Positions 36,901 through 50,409 of a stretch of 64,000 nt of DNA are shown here, one piece after another. This DNA comes from Carcharhinus amblyrhynchos (taxonomy: Eukaryota). The position numbers were made by a program, and so were the translations under genes. The stretch lies in NCBI GenBank assembly GCA_965287045.1, contig OZ336889.1, positions 32,426,001 through 32,490,000 of the forward strand, given 5' to 3'. The notes beneath the pieces were generated by a model that had not been told where the DNA came from, did no database searches, and saw only the letters and a list, made by a program, of their open reading frames with translations. Within the stretch, counting starts at the first letter, position 1. Each line of letters opens with the position of its first letter.

Positions 36901-39063
36901 CTTCTCCAGCCATATTACATGCAATGAGTAGCCAAGAGGCAAGGTCGTTAACTATTGTCTAACGATAGGAAGATTATAACCAGCGAGTGCCTTGGGCGTT
37001 GACTACATTGTACAGCCGTAGGAGGAATTTACCTCGTATCAGCACTGCCAAGGCACGGAATCAGAATTTGTCACGAGTAAAACCTAATAAATGTCAAGCA
37101 TACGGAAATTAAAGTGACCATGGCTTTTGGTTAACATGTTTTTATTTGTTAATCCTGTTAGGGCGCTGGTGAAGGCACAGTCCATTGAAAAAGTAACCCC
37201 AGTCCATGAAACAACCATCTGTCTTTTATAGAGTGCGGGACTTGAATCTAGTCCTCAGTTTACTGCTCTGTGTTTCACTAGTAACGAAAAAATGTCGTCA
37301 TGTTGGTATAAACTTGTACACAACTAGTGCAATTTCCTAAATAACCATAATATCGTTGTTACAAATAAGCTTGTCGGCAGTCACCATGTTATTTGTAGAG
37401 CAGTGCCATACTTTTGGGCTGTTCCAAATTTCCAGTTAAATTTCCCGTAGGCAACTTCAATCCAAACAACCAAAGTGAATAGTGATGTTCACGTTGGAGC
37501 TCACGAAAACCATTCTCTTCCCGCCCTGCATTCATGAGAAAACCAGAGATCACAGATCAGTGTGGTGGCATTTCTCCCGCATTTTGGATCAGGACAGAAT
37601 CGCTGTAATTTGGTGCGCACTTCCTATGCTAATTAGGCATTAAGATGTTAGTTTTTTTCCCCCCACACCAGGCTCGTGGAATTAATATAAAATGTGTTAA
37701 TTGGCACCAATAGGTGTGATCGTGATTTATTTGGAATTGACAATGAAAGTTGGTTACAAAGATTAAGGCCTCAAATGTCCATCGTGCCAAGTGACCTCCA
37801 AGAGCATTTGTGCGTTTGAGCACTGTGAACAGTTCATCGGCGCATTAAAATACAAACAACACCAAATATTTACACGGTATATTTATGCAAATAGCTTCTG
37901 TGATGACTCGTGACTAAACAGCAAAAGCAAATGGAACGTTTTTGTCGTAAATGCAGCTTAATATGGTGAAAAATCCAAATGTTATAATAGTAAAAGTTGC
38001 TTTAATTAATCTGCTCCCCCCACCATGTCTTGCTATCTTATTTGGTACAATATAGCACATTATGTGAAAATGTATGACCGGTTTCCAGTACATGCGAACG
38101 TGTTAAAAAATTTACATTTTTAATACGAAATGGGAAAGCTTACCCACTGCCCTTTAGCAAAATGGAATTAAACATACAATTATAATTTTAACAAGTATCA
38201 CCTTGTAAAACTAAATATAACATATGCTGGGTTCACTATTTTAATGTGAGACTATTGCTGACGGTGGTGTACTGTATTCCAGTCTTGTGTGCCTGACTGG
38301 AATGTATTTTTGTTTTCAGCACCACGTTCGCGCATTTTAGTCGCCTCTATATTAACCCACACCACCAATCCCCGTTAATGTACCAACTTCTCTACGTGCA
38401 TCAATTTACGCTCACTTTCGGGTTCAAACTGTCCTATATCACTTTAAAATATTAAATTGCGTACATACTTATGTTCCCCCCCCCCCCACCCCGAGTTTAA
38501 TGAAACAACATTGCGAATGGTGATTGGAATAATGCCACCACAGTATATTGTAAAGATAAAGGTATACTAATCATTGTGTATACGTACAGATGCAAATGAA
38601 GTGGAGATTTCATCCCAGCTCCTGTTCTTTTCATGTATCTAAAATTAAAATGGCTATATTATTGTGGAATAGTTTCTACATCATGTAATGCAAAAACTAA
38701 TCATCTGTGCATAATTCAGCAACAATGAGCCCTCCGTATTGCTTAATAGCACCCCAATTAGCATTCTACTTACAATGCATTCCCCCTGAAAATTGTGAAC
38801 TACTCCTTTAACCATCCCTAACCGTTGGTGCACATTTCAACATGGAACGTCAGAAGAAGGCTATGATCTATAATGCAGATTTATACACTTTCTGTACTAT
38901 GCCATCTAAAGTTGTACTTTCGGCATACATTTACGACTTTCATTTGAATATGGTATTGCCTTAGGAAGTAAAGATAACAATCTAATTGTGAGGACGTCAG
39001 CCTTGAAGTCTCTACTGGGTCACACCAAGTACCTATATATAACATATGTACACATATATATAA

Positions 39064-39091
39064 ATGTGTGTGTGTGTGTGCGCGCGCGTAC
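39064..39091. repeat. (TG)8(CG)4 alternating purine-pyrimidine tract
   Basis: tgtgtgtgtgtgtgtgcgcgcgcgta. Confidence 0.9.
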
Positions 39092-42000
39092 CAGAAACAT
39101 CAATAGGTTTCCAGGAATTGTCCTTCAGAACACGCCCAGAGTGTGTGGATGATATGGGCTGACCGCTAATGATATGGTGCACAAAAGCAGAGGTTTCTTT
39201 CAAACTCAGATAAGTCAGTCAGGCATAAATCTTGCTTAATGGCGCGTGTGCGCATGCACTACACCCCCACCCCATAACCTCAGAAGTACACACACACACA
39301 CTCACACACTCTTCCACACATAATAATACAGGTTATCACACAGATCGCAAGCATAAAGGCAGGTGCAGAATCTCCTCACCCTCACACATCCCAGTACAAC
39401 CAAGTTCATTTTAATATTATTTCATATTTCGACACTAAGTCACATTAAAGTAATATCACTCACAATTTCGTCAAAATAGTCTTTTACAAGAGATATCAAA
39501 TATACGGAACTACATGACCGGCCCCACACACTCACACACACATACAAAATTAAACAGAAGCAGGCAATTGCAATAGAACATTTGTAAAGTATTCAGTGTG
39601 GCTGAAATTCTAACACATTGCTGCCCATTAGCTTTGCAATTGCTTGGGATTAAAAATTATTGCACGGTACTTATTTTGCAAGAACTCTACCTTCCTTTCT
39701 GCGAGGTTTCCATTTTTTTTAAAAAAATCGCTGCTGTGATGCATAGCCTCAATTTTGTCCCCATTTCCACATTTTGCAAATTAAATATGCATTCTGCTCA
39801 TGTACTGTGTTTGTCATTAACAATACTTGACTGCTCTGGCTTGCATCAGCACTTTGCTTTCACCTATGCAAATTCCACTTATGACTAGTGCTGCATTTTT
39901 TGACTGAAGCACTGACCCATAACAGAGTGAATACCAGAGGAGTCGATCTTGTTTAACCACGGATTCTCAACAGCTAGCAACGCTATCATCAACAGTACAA
40001 ATTATTAAACAGCCGATTTTGACCTTGTGCGGATTTTACCTGAAATCGGCTTTCATTAATAACATATTTAGTTAGATTGTCAAAGAATGCCTCCAGGTTT
40101 TTTTTTATAAATGAATACGAGTATATCGAAGTTTTTGTGCTGGTGATTTATTTCTGGGGGTGATGAATTAGTTTTATTAAGGAAAAAAACTATTATTTAA
40201 AATACACGGTAGAATAGGCGCTTAATTGTGCCTATATACATACCTGTATCTATTAACAGTTCGCTAAATACTATACTTGACGGAACGCAATATGTAAAAA
40301 ACCTGAAGAAGTACAGATTGCTGGCAATAATTATATGTATCTTATTCCTCTGATTTCATTGACAAAACATATTGCTTGGTTCTGTAACAATCATAGATGA
40401 TACTACATCAAACATATGTCGTAAACTACTTTTGTCAATGTAATTCTCTATTAACATACCATCAGGACAGAAACAAAGAAGAAAACCACTTTGGGCCACA
40501 TATTCAGTATGTCAAGTTGTTATGATGGCTTAAACTGCATCACTTTCTGCTATTTTCAAACATTTACAGAGATGACACTGTATAATCAGGGGGTTGATTG
40601 AACAGCCTTTTGAACAGTTTTCTTTTTGATGTAAATTCCAGTAACGTATCATTATTCATCTAACAATGCTTTCAAATGCAACAAAATCAAGATAATGTGC
40701 AAATGGTTATATATCATAAGTTGTTTGTGTCTTTTCATGCAATTCCTTTCTTTAAAAGGGTTGTGATTTCTATCTGAAACTGACCAGTGTAACTATGGGA
40801 AAGAGGTTTAAACTTTCATAATGTAAATTGATCAACAGTACACATTTTAATAATTAAAAATTTCCCACTTGTACATGATAAGACTGAAACTTTTAATAAT
40901 TTCAATACCAGAAATCTTACCGCCCCCTTTATTAGTTTAGACTGTTTCATTAGTTATCATTTTTCCATTTCTTTGGCTTTTTCAAAGGTGGATCCATAAG
41001 CAAGATCTCCATTGATTCTCTTGTGTTTGGCAGCAGAGTTAGGGTGCCTATGTAATGTAGTTTCAAGTATGCAATTAAGTTTACAATTGTTGTATAATTC
41101 AGTATAGCTGCACTAAAACTATGCCAAATGTTTTTCAGGAAGCCATGTCAAACTTGCACCATCTGCAACAAAACTCAAATCCAGTTTGAAGTCTCATTTT
41201 AAATATACCAAGATGGTCCAATAAGCTGCTTAGGAACTTTCAGTATTTAATACAGAGCCTTTTTGAATGTTGCAGAAGAACAGATGCTACCATGTACACA
41301 TTTTCTAACTAGCTGCTGGTAACTCATACAGTTTGCAAGCACATATGAGGGCATGAACATATTATTATCAAGGCTCTTCCTCACATCCAGTCACATTGAG
41401 ATCCAACTATGGTGTAACAAGGCATTTACACTTGGACCAGCCATCTAATTGGTAGAATGTGAAGCAGAGATTTAAAAAGAAAGGTTGCATTGAGATCAGA
41501 GACAAAGGACATTTTGTTATGTGTGTTGCAACGGTCTCCGGACAGTTAATTTTAATATTAGATGAAAACAGGTGGCAGAGTCCACTCCTCCTCTCATTAA
41601 AGCATTAAAATGCAAATAAGATCACCTGGATATTTAAAAAAATGCAACTTTGTGCTGTCTGGCGTTCTACTGCATCACATGCAAACTCAGATTAATATGA
41701 AATGGTCATTTGGCAAGGACTAACCACCTTTTGACACTGCCACACTGATCAGGATTTGATTACCGAGTTATATTGCCAACTTTGTAGGTATATGGATCTC
41801 AAGCCACACTACGTTGACATTAAAATGGAGCATTACTGAATTTATTTTGGTAATGCCTTTGAATCTATGTTATCAGTAATATAAGTTCTAAAACGAATCA
41901 TTTTTCAACTTACCATCTGGGCGTAGAAATAACATTAGGAATGGAAATAAAGATCAGGCAGCCTGTGTAATTGCTGGACCAACAGCATTGCTAGTTCACG

Positions 42001-42467
42001 TCCAATTGGCAAGTTTGAATCTGCTTCAGTATTTGAATTTGTATCACCCATGATCTGTAATGAAACTGCAGTGCAAAAGATAGGACCACATTTGGAAAGC
42101 ATCCTTCATAGCTGCTGTAGAACTGACAAAACTCACTGTTAAAAGTCTCTCTTTCAAATATCCTTGCTTGTCTTTTTGTTTGGTGGTTGCAATTTCTCAA
42201 TAATGTGATCTTCTGAAGTGTTATAAAATTTAGAAATCGCTATTCCTAATATGAGGTCACAGAATAAAGTTTCAATATCTCTGTTTCCAGCAGAAACTCT
42301 TCTGAACATCTCCAGTTCAATGTGATCTTTCACTGGCCAAATGGGATTTGCTCAAATGCTGATTGTATGTTCATTTTCAATTTGGTACGCCTATAGTCGG
42401 ACAACTGTTTTCCAATTTGATATTTGAGACATAACTTCCTGTTATATCCTAAACTTTGGTGTGAATG

Positions 42468-42715
42468 GCTCTTGAGGCTAAAGGGATCAAACGATAAGGG
42501 GACAAGGTGGGATCAGGATTTTGAATTTGATGATCAGTCATGGTGATAATGAATGGCGGAGCAGGCTCGAAGGGCCAAATGTCCTACTCCTGCTTCTAGT
42601 TCCTATGGCTGGAATTCTCCCAGTTAGTGGGCGGATTGCAGACAACGACAGTCAGGTGGGAATTTCCGGCTTTTAGACCAGCATGGTCAGGGAATTCCGC
42701 CCTATGTTCCTATGT
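42468..42715 (+). mobile_element. CR1-type LINE 3' end, interrupted by a MITE
   Basis: 'gaatggcggagcaggctcgaagggccaaatgtcctactcctgcttct..ttcctatg' tail shared with the 44087-44494 copy. Confidence 0.75.
42607..42702. mobile_element. 96-bp Harbinger-type MITE
   Basis: Imperfect TIRs GGCTGGAATTCTC / AGGGAATTCCGCCC, with TAT on both sides (42604-42606, 42703-42705). Confidence 0.65.
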
Positions 42716-43042
42716 AAAAACAACACTCTCATCTGATTGGAGTTTTATTCAGTCAATGTCCAAGTACTGATTTATCAGCTATCAAGATGACAAATCAAAA
42801 TCACGCTCATGGTGTTGTGAGTAGGAGTAGACTTGAGTGTTAAGGATTATGTTATTAACTTTCATTAAAAAGCTGTACCTTCATTTTCCACTGGAAATTG
42901 AAATATTCAAGAAATATGTGCCGCGTGGACTTTTTAAAGAAATAAATAAACAAAACGAATTGTGGCTGTGAATCAGTAAAGTTATTTGAATTACAAGCTG
43001 GGACTGTAATTAAGCTAAGGTCAATTCCTTGCATCTTCTACG

Positions 43043-43200
43043 AGAAGCAAAATACTGCAGATGCTGGAAATCTTAAATACAACAAAATACAGAAAATTCT
43101 GGAAATACTCAGCGTGTCTGACAGCACCTGTGGAGTGAGAAGCAGAGTTAACATTTTAGCTTGGTGACTTCTCATCATAAATGGTCATAAGTCTGAAACG
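43043..43200. mobile_element. Penelope-like-derived repeat, truncated by the next insertion
   Basis: 'aagcaaaatactgcagatgctggaaatct...gacagcacctgtggag...tgaaacg'. Confidence 0.6.
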
Positions 43201-43202
43201 CT

Positions 43203-44085
43203 GGGGACGATTCTCCTAAAGGTGCTGAATTGATGGGAAAACAGTTCCAGATCATGACTGTTTGCTCAGTTCAACTTCTCGCTCGAATCTCCGCTGTGCA
43301 CCGCAAAGGTCATAATCGTGAATCTCATTAAAAACCCAGGAGGGCGGGTCTAATAGCACCAGAACTCTGCGCATGCACAGTGGTCCTGATCTGTAGGTCT
43401 CTCCATTGCTGGCCAGCTCAATCGTTGGCCAGCCCAGGACCCCCACAGTGCTGCCCCTCCTCATCCCAATCACATCCCCCACAACAATTCCCAGGCCATC
43501 CCTGATCCCTGTCCCAGAGCACCCCGCTGTCCAGCCCATCCCCCCCAGCAATGGTGATCCCCCCACCCCCTCACTGCAGCAGATCTCCCTGCTGACCTCC
43601 CCCCCCCGCTCCAACCTGGGGTCAGGCCCTCCTGGGAGGCAGGCCCCCCCATGGCAGACTATTCCCCCCCCCCAACCTGCCCCAATTGCTGCTCTCCTTC
43701 TATCCCAGACTGATCGCCATGCAGCGGGACCCCCCACCCCCACTGATTGCCCCAGGCACTACCCACAATAGGTCTTGCCCCCTTGGCACTGCCCAATGCC
43801 CTGTGGGCAGTGCCAAGGTAACCCTTGGCATGGGTACTTTGCCCCTTGGGCAGTGCTGGGACCACAGCCTGGTACATGCCCAGGGGGCCACTACTCCCCT
43901 GTCGCCTGACCCTCCTGGGGGGCCCCAATTGCCCACCTCTTCATTACGGTGGGGTCTCCTGCTAGTTCGCCGAATGTGGGGAGCTAGTCTGAAGCCTAGC
44001 GGAATGAAGTATTTCTGGCGGGATGGGAGATTCAGTCAGGACCGGTAAGCTCCCGATAATTACATTCAAATAATTACATTCTTTA
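43203..44085. mobile_element. GC-rich non-autonomous DNA-transposon-like element
   Basis: Begins GGGGACGATTCTCC, resembling the MITE TIRs in this window. Internal quasi-palindromes (ttggcactgccc..gggcagtgccaa). Right end is replaced by CR1. Confidence 0.5.
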
Positions 44086-44086
44086 A

Positions 44087-44494
44087 TAAGAAGAATGATG
44101 GGAGACCTTATAGAAACATACAAGATTATGAAGAGAATAGATAAGATAGAAGCACAAAGGTTGTTTCCATTGGCAAGTGAAACTGGAACTAGGGGGCATA
44201 GCCTCAAAATGAGGGGGAGCAGATTTAGGGCTGAGTTGAGGAGGAACTTCTTCACCCAAAAAGTTGTGAATCTGTGGAATTCCCTGCCCAGTGAAGCAGT
44301 TGAGGCTACCACATTGAATGCTTCAAGGCAAGGATAGGTAAAGTTTTTGAACAGTAAAGGAATTAAGGGCTATGGTGAGCGGGCGGGAAAGTGGGGTCCA
44401 CGAAAAGATCAGCGTGATCTTATTGAATGGCGGAGCAGGCTCGAGGGGCCAGACGGCCTACTCCTGCTCCTAATTCTCATGTTCTTGTGTTCTA
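44087..44494 (+). mobile_element. 5'-truncated CR1/HER1-type LINE (ORF2 C-terminus plus 3'UTR)
   Basis: GDLIETYKIMKRIDKIEAQRLFPL...TRGHSLK...RRNFFTQKVVNLWNSLP, frameshifted near the end, with a (ttcttatg)-like tail. Confidence 0.9.
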
Positions 44495-44669
44495 ATTTTG
44501 ATTAGAGTTTCCTCATCAGTTTCCATTTTTGACATATTCCCATCCATGGTCATCCTTTTGAAATCCTTACTTGAAATCCTGAAGTTTGCAATGCCTACTG
44601 CTCAATACTGCGTGACAAGTCTGCATCGGGTATACTTGAGTAAGCAATAGTTTGGAATAATTTTATCAT

Positions 44670-44778
44670 TGTGCACAGATTGGCTGTTGTGTTTCTCCAC
44701 ATTACAACAGTAACTAACCATTCAATGGTTCTTTATTGGCTGTGAAGTCTTTTAGGATGTCATGAGGGCATAAATGTA
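44670..44778 (+). mobile_element. Deu-SINE 3' fragment
   Basis: Similar to 6590-6700 (gtgcacagattggctg...cattacaacagt...ggctgtgaag). A further fragment lies at 57160-57245. Confidence 0.5.
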
Positions 44779-47700
44779 CCAGCCAAACTGTTGTTGAGTA
44801 ATAAAAATAATTAAACTGACAAATGTGAGTAGTTGAGAAAACTAGTTAAGCTTTAACTGAAAATGGTGCAAAAGATTAATTTTAAATTCATCCATTTTTT
44901 TTCCCCAAAGCATGTAGCCAAGGTACATAGATATCTCTAACTTACTTGGGAAAAGCATCAAGTGCTGAAATATTTCCCTGAGGCAGAATTAATCTTTAAA
45001 AATTCGAACTGAAGTTGGTGTGCTAAGAATTCTGATGGATCTGGTTCAATATATTTTACTTTAATGTCATGGGTTTCTCATATTTCAGCTTTCATGCCTT
45101 CCTTAGTTCCACACCACATTTAGTAGGAATTACCTATGTCTCTTCTACTCATTGACTTTATGAATCCATTCAATTGGTAAATACAGCTCTTTATAGGTCT
45201 GGGCAAAACACGACAACTGAATCTATGCAATAGTTGACAAAGTAAGTCTATCTTTAGCTTTCATTTTGAAAATAAATTATTATTGTATTAAACTATAAAC
45301 TATATATGATTAACTATATATCGTAAAACATTTCCTTTAAAATGTTTATACTATAAATACACAGTTCAGAATAATGGTATATAAATTATCAGCATGCATT
45401 GATGAAGCCAGATTTTACTTCATGTTTTCAAATGACAATTCACTGTCTCTGCAATCCAAGTTCTGACTGTCTCATATTTTTATGTTAATATGAAAATATT
45501 ACTGTGGTGCTTTATTTGTTGAAATGAAGCTAGAATTGGTAAATTTCATGAATCTCTGTGGACAGCAAGATATTAAAACATTTACCCATGTGCAAAATAA
45601 ATTACAGAAATAGGGTGACAGAGGCATAAAATGACAGTTGGCATAATGGATCCACAAAATTTACACAGAACAGGAGTACAATGAATCTCGAAGCACATTC
45701 AATTGACAGGGTAATTACTTACACCCAGGTCTGTCTTTTACTGTTCAGTGAGTACTCTGTTGTTTTGGCAATAGTATGAGAACCAACACATCCAAGGCTC
45801 ATTTTTTATGAGTATTCCTTGCGAATACATGCATTGTGTGCCTTCAATTGATGTATAATGCCTGTACTGCACAGCACACTTCCTGATTTTCCTTTTAATT
45901 TGGGCACATGCTCTTTTCAAACAAAACCAAATTTTAATGAAGCAAAGATAAGTGCACATAAATTTGCACAAAAGCAGTCACACATGCGTAATTTGTATAA
46001 TGAATCTTTAAAAATTCAAACTGAAGTTAGTGGATGTTAGTAAGTGAACCAATATAATACTTAAATCAATACAAGTGTGTAAACCTACCAATGTTTGGTT
46101 TCATCGTATTATTGAATTACTGTGTTTCAGTTGTGCTATTATAAACTTTGCTGTGGTGAAGCATTGAATTTAGTACAGGTGGAACTGATGGCAGATTCTA
46201 ATGGGTTTACTTCATAAACCCTGGAATTAGACACCTTGGAGACTTAGTATGGTTGATAGCTTTGTATAACTGAGAATAAAATGAAATATTGGCAATCATT
46301 TTTCCTCTATGGAATTACAAAATATGCTTATCTGTAATTTTTTGCAATCTGCTTAGATCAGAGCAGTTATTTGGAAAAAATACCCCATTTATAAGAGTGG
46401 ATATAATAAAGGCCTATAAAATATTCAACATTAATCTCTTATTAAGTATTAATGGTCTTTTTATTAATCTCTGCTTTCACCAGCAAAGCTAACAGATCAG
46501 TTAGCATACAGTAATCAGTTTTAATATTATCACTTCAACAATTTAGAATAACAGATTATTGGTTGAGATGTCATATTGGGATTGAGGGAGGATTGCAAAC
46601 ATCCAAGTGCATTAAGGTCCTTTCATCATCACATCAAGTTACTAAGACTACGTTTTGGTCATTCATGCTTTCATAATACCTCTTGTGGGCGTTCGTGATC
46701 TATGATTTTTTAATTTGTAGCTTAAAGAAGAAATAGTAACTACAACTTTCCTGGTGATTAATCCAGTGCTCCAAGAGTAAGATAACAATGTGGATGCCAA
46801 GTGAGTGAAGTCGCATTTAAATGCTACTGACTTGTTTGTGCCTCAAGTTTCTCTCAATATGTCTCTTTGCCTGTTGTTCGTTTTCCCAGATGCACACAAC
46901 TCAATCTCAATAATGCACTAGTCTGCTGGTTTATGTGTCGGGGGTAATAAGGTTAATTAGACTCTATCCACATTTTACAAACTGCATCAAAATTAAGGCA
47001 GTAAGAAATTGCAGTGTTTATGGAGGGTGTAACCAGGAAGAATTTGTGAATTTTATTTTTCAAAGTTTAGGTACCCCTTGTTTTTATAGGATCAATTTGC
47101 TATCAGATTTATAGGAAGACACATGAAATTGGTATAAAGCTGCTGCAATAACCACATCACCAGTAATGGATCTAGTTCATATGAGTCCTTTTCATTAATT
47201 CTTGAAAGTAAGGTGAGCATGACTGAAATTGTGAAGCAACTCTGACTGGGACAGGAGGGCATTTTTTTGACGACTGACTTTTGTTCTCATTATTAGTGAA
47301 CGGAAATGCATAAAGTAAAACAACTCACTCATATCACATTTCTTTTCCAACTATACATCGGGATAGATATTCCTCTGTGCAGTCTTTGGGAGACTGACCT
47401 GTTCTGGGCCATCAGGCAGTCCTGCTGTCCTGTGGACCAAAAGAAGCTGGGTCTGTGGGGAGGCCCTGATATCGTGTGGATGGGAGCTGGAGTGGTAATA
47501 GCTGAGGTAGGTGTTGTGGAGGCTGGGTGAGCATTCTGCTTCTCCTCACCCAAAGCTATGGCCTGGCAGCCAGTTAATACTGTTTAACTCAAATATGGCA
47601 ACTACGCCCTATCTACATTATAGAATCCTGCCAGGTACTTTAATTGGACAAACCATCTGACTCAGGGATCCAGTTGCTAAGTGTTACGCTTGAGGGAACA

Positions 47701-49351
47701 TTGCTGTGTTCATAACAATGGTGGAAACAGAGTAGTATTTCATCATCCATTTGGGGCACGACTACCTGTGCCAGACTGAGACCGGAAATGTAACCCCATT
47801 GGTTTCATTATTTGTAAAATGTGAAGATACTTTTGTCTGGTTTCCATGTTAACCTTATACAATAGTTTTGCAAAGGATGTTGCATTAGACATGACGACAG
47901 GGAAGGATAGACACTTAACCCTGACATGATCCTACTACAGCCTGCCTGTATTATAGTCTAGTACAAAATAAGTAAATGCATTTTTAAACCAGGCTAATTA
48001 AAATAATTACCTCCAAGGCAATGTCAGCGCACAATACGTGATTGGGAACTTTTCTGACGTTCCGAAAATTTTATTTTCTCTAGTTTTTGATAGGTTAATG
48101 CATTCACAGCCGCTGCAGTACTTCACAATCATAATCATAACCAATCTAAAGGAAATCCATGGTTGCCAACTGATACCTGAGGGAAAAGGAGGCTATATTC
48201 ACACCAATAAGACTTGTAATAAACGGACTGCATTAACTTAGTGCAAATAAATTTTACATAAATGTATTAACCAGAGGAAATTAAACTCCCCCTCCCATTG
48301 GTGTTTGTTTACACCAGAGTTCTCCCCAGTTGTAATGATTGTTCTGAGCTTGGTGAGCAGCTCTGTTACAAAGGTGTCTAAGCTTCTTATCTTCATTGGC
48401 TGCATAAATACATTCCATTGAACCTTGAGGGTATAGGGTTGAATTTTTGGGGAACAGAAGCAGAAGGCTCCTGAAAATATTGATGTCGGCTGTGTTGTCA
48501 GTTGTTGGATGCTTTTCCTGGTATTGGCTATTTTGGGGGAGACGTGTTTGAAGCCAAGGTAGACCGCTATCCCCCATAAGGCAGGTGGGCATCTTATCTC
48601 TTTATGAGTCTTGATAAAGCTACATTTAGGACAGTCAGTGTCCAGTTTCCCAATGTGAAAAGTGGGGCAGATCAATTGCCTCGAAGCAAACATCCAGTGG
48701 CAGACCAAGGTGCCAGAACTCCACCAGGCATACTGGCCTGCATGAGTGGGAGGACAGCCAAATTACTATCCTGTAGAGGGATTCCACCATAGGAATGTTG
48801 GTGGGAGCTCAAGCCTTTCTCTTTTGAAAAAATCCTGGGAGGATACTTCCTGTTGCAGCAAAGACTGACTTACCTTGTAGAATAGCAATGTGTGTTTCTG
48901 AGTCTGGAAGATCTCTGATTGGCCAAACAGCATTCAGAAGCTGCCCATTGCCATAAATTGATGGAAGCCAGTCTCCATGGATCTCCAGTGAAAGGCTCAC
49001 CCATATTAAAATCTGACCTCAATTAGTTTCGTACTTGTGTTGGGTATCTGAGCTGAAAACAAAACCAGATACCTGTTTACTGTTTCCATGGTGAAAATTC
49101 AGCCTATAAAATTTAAATCCTTGTGCCCATTAATTCATATCATCATACTATCAGATCTTGGTGTTGTGATTCATAACTTATCTATCAATGAGGCAACATG
49201 CCAAAAACAATCCTTTTCAAACTTTCAACCTCAGAAAATCTAAAGAAGAAAAGCCACCAAATCAGAACTTAAATCTGTTACCACATCTGTGGACACTGAC
49301 AACTTTTAAAATCAAGTTCAAACCTCCAGTTAATAGTTGAAATTATTCACT

Positions 49352-49610
49352 GGGTGTCACGCTGGCACCATGATCAGCATTATGATTTGGGCCTCGGGTG
49401 ACTTGCACATTCTTTCCGTGTCTGCGTGGGTTTCTTCCGGATGCTTTGGTTTCCTCCCAAGGTCCAAAGATGTGCGGGTTAGGTTGATTGGCCATGCTAA
49501 ATTGCCCCTTAGCATAAATGCATGGGGCTATGGGGATAGGGTCTGGGTGTGATTGTTGTTGGTGCAGGCTCAATGCGCCAGAAGTCCTTCTACTGTGCTT
49601 TAGGGATTCA
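49352..49610 (+). mobile_element. HE1-like tRNA-derived SINE (internally deleted)
   Basis: 'ttgcacattct..gtgtctgcgtgggtttc..ggtttcctccca..tccaaagatgtgcgggttaggttgattggccatgctaaattgccc'. Confidence 0.8.
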
Positions 49611-49729
49611 CCAATTCTAGGAAAGGAGGACAACGTAACTTCTTGAAAGATCATTGAAATTAGGAAAGCAAGATTTATTCCTTCTAAAGTTGTGTTGGCT
49701 GTCAATTATCACATTATTTCAGAGTGATA

Positions 49730-49830
49730 GGCCTGAATTCTCTGATCTCTTTTGCTTTGTCAGCAAGAGTGGAAAATTTGGCACTCAGCCAAATTGCTAT
49801 TCACTGCACCAGGACTGGTGAATTCCAACC
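49730..49830. mobile_element. MITE; an inverted copy lies at about 50598-50732
   Basis: TIR-like GGCCTGAATTCTC..GAATTCCAACC. Internal 'aatttggcactcagccaa' matches the reverse complement of 'ttggctgagcgccaaatt' at 50662. Confidence 0.6.
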
Positions 49831-49861
49831 AGTTATTCATTCCACCAGTCATCTGAAAATG

Positions 49862-50304
49862 ATTCCAGAATGAGGACCTTCATTATGAAGATAGATTGGG
49901 GAAATTAGGACTATTCTCCTTCAAGGAAAAATGTTGAGAGGCAGTTTAATGGAGATACTAAAAATCTGAGGGCAGATTAGATAAGAAGAAACTGTTCCCA
50001 CTTGTGAAAGGGTTGAGAACAAGAGGGCACAGCTTTATACTAATTAGCAAATGAAGCAAAAGTGATTTGAAGAGAAGTTTGTTTATGCGGCAAGTGACAA
50101 TGGTTTGGAATTTCCTGCGTGAGAGGCAGGTTCAATTGAAATATTCAAAAGGGAATTAGGCTGTTATCTGAAAAGGAAGAATGTGCAGGGTTACAGGGTT
50201 ACAGAAGTGAGGGATTGATACTCGGTGAGATGCTGATTCGGACAGCCTGTAGACACAATCAGCCAAATGGACTTCTACCGTGCCATAACAATTCTGTTAT
50301 TCTG
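49862..50304 (+). mobile_element. old, degraded CR1-type LINE 3' end
   Basis: 'ttatgaagatagattggggaaattaggactattctcc...gagaacaagagggcacag...tttggaatttcctgc' follows the CR1 ORF2 end (YEERL..LGLFSL / TRGH / WNSLP). Confidence 0.7.
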
Positions 50305-50409
50305 CAAACTCAAACCCATTGTGCCTTTAATTGCATAGTGTGGCTTCTTTGCTCTTCAGATGCTTGGTAACTACACTTGCCTATTTCCACTCTGGTACAT
50401 AATGCTCTG

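Noticed and set aside
43252-44048. Cluster of long Gly/Pro-rich ORFs
   Set aside because: Result of a GC-rich, stop-poor non-autonomous repeat.
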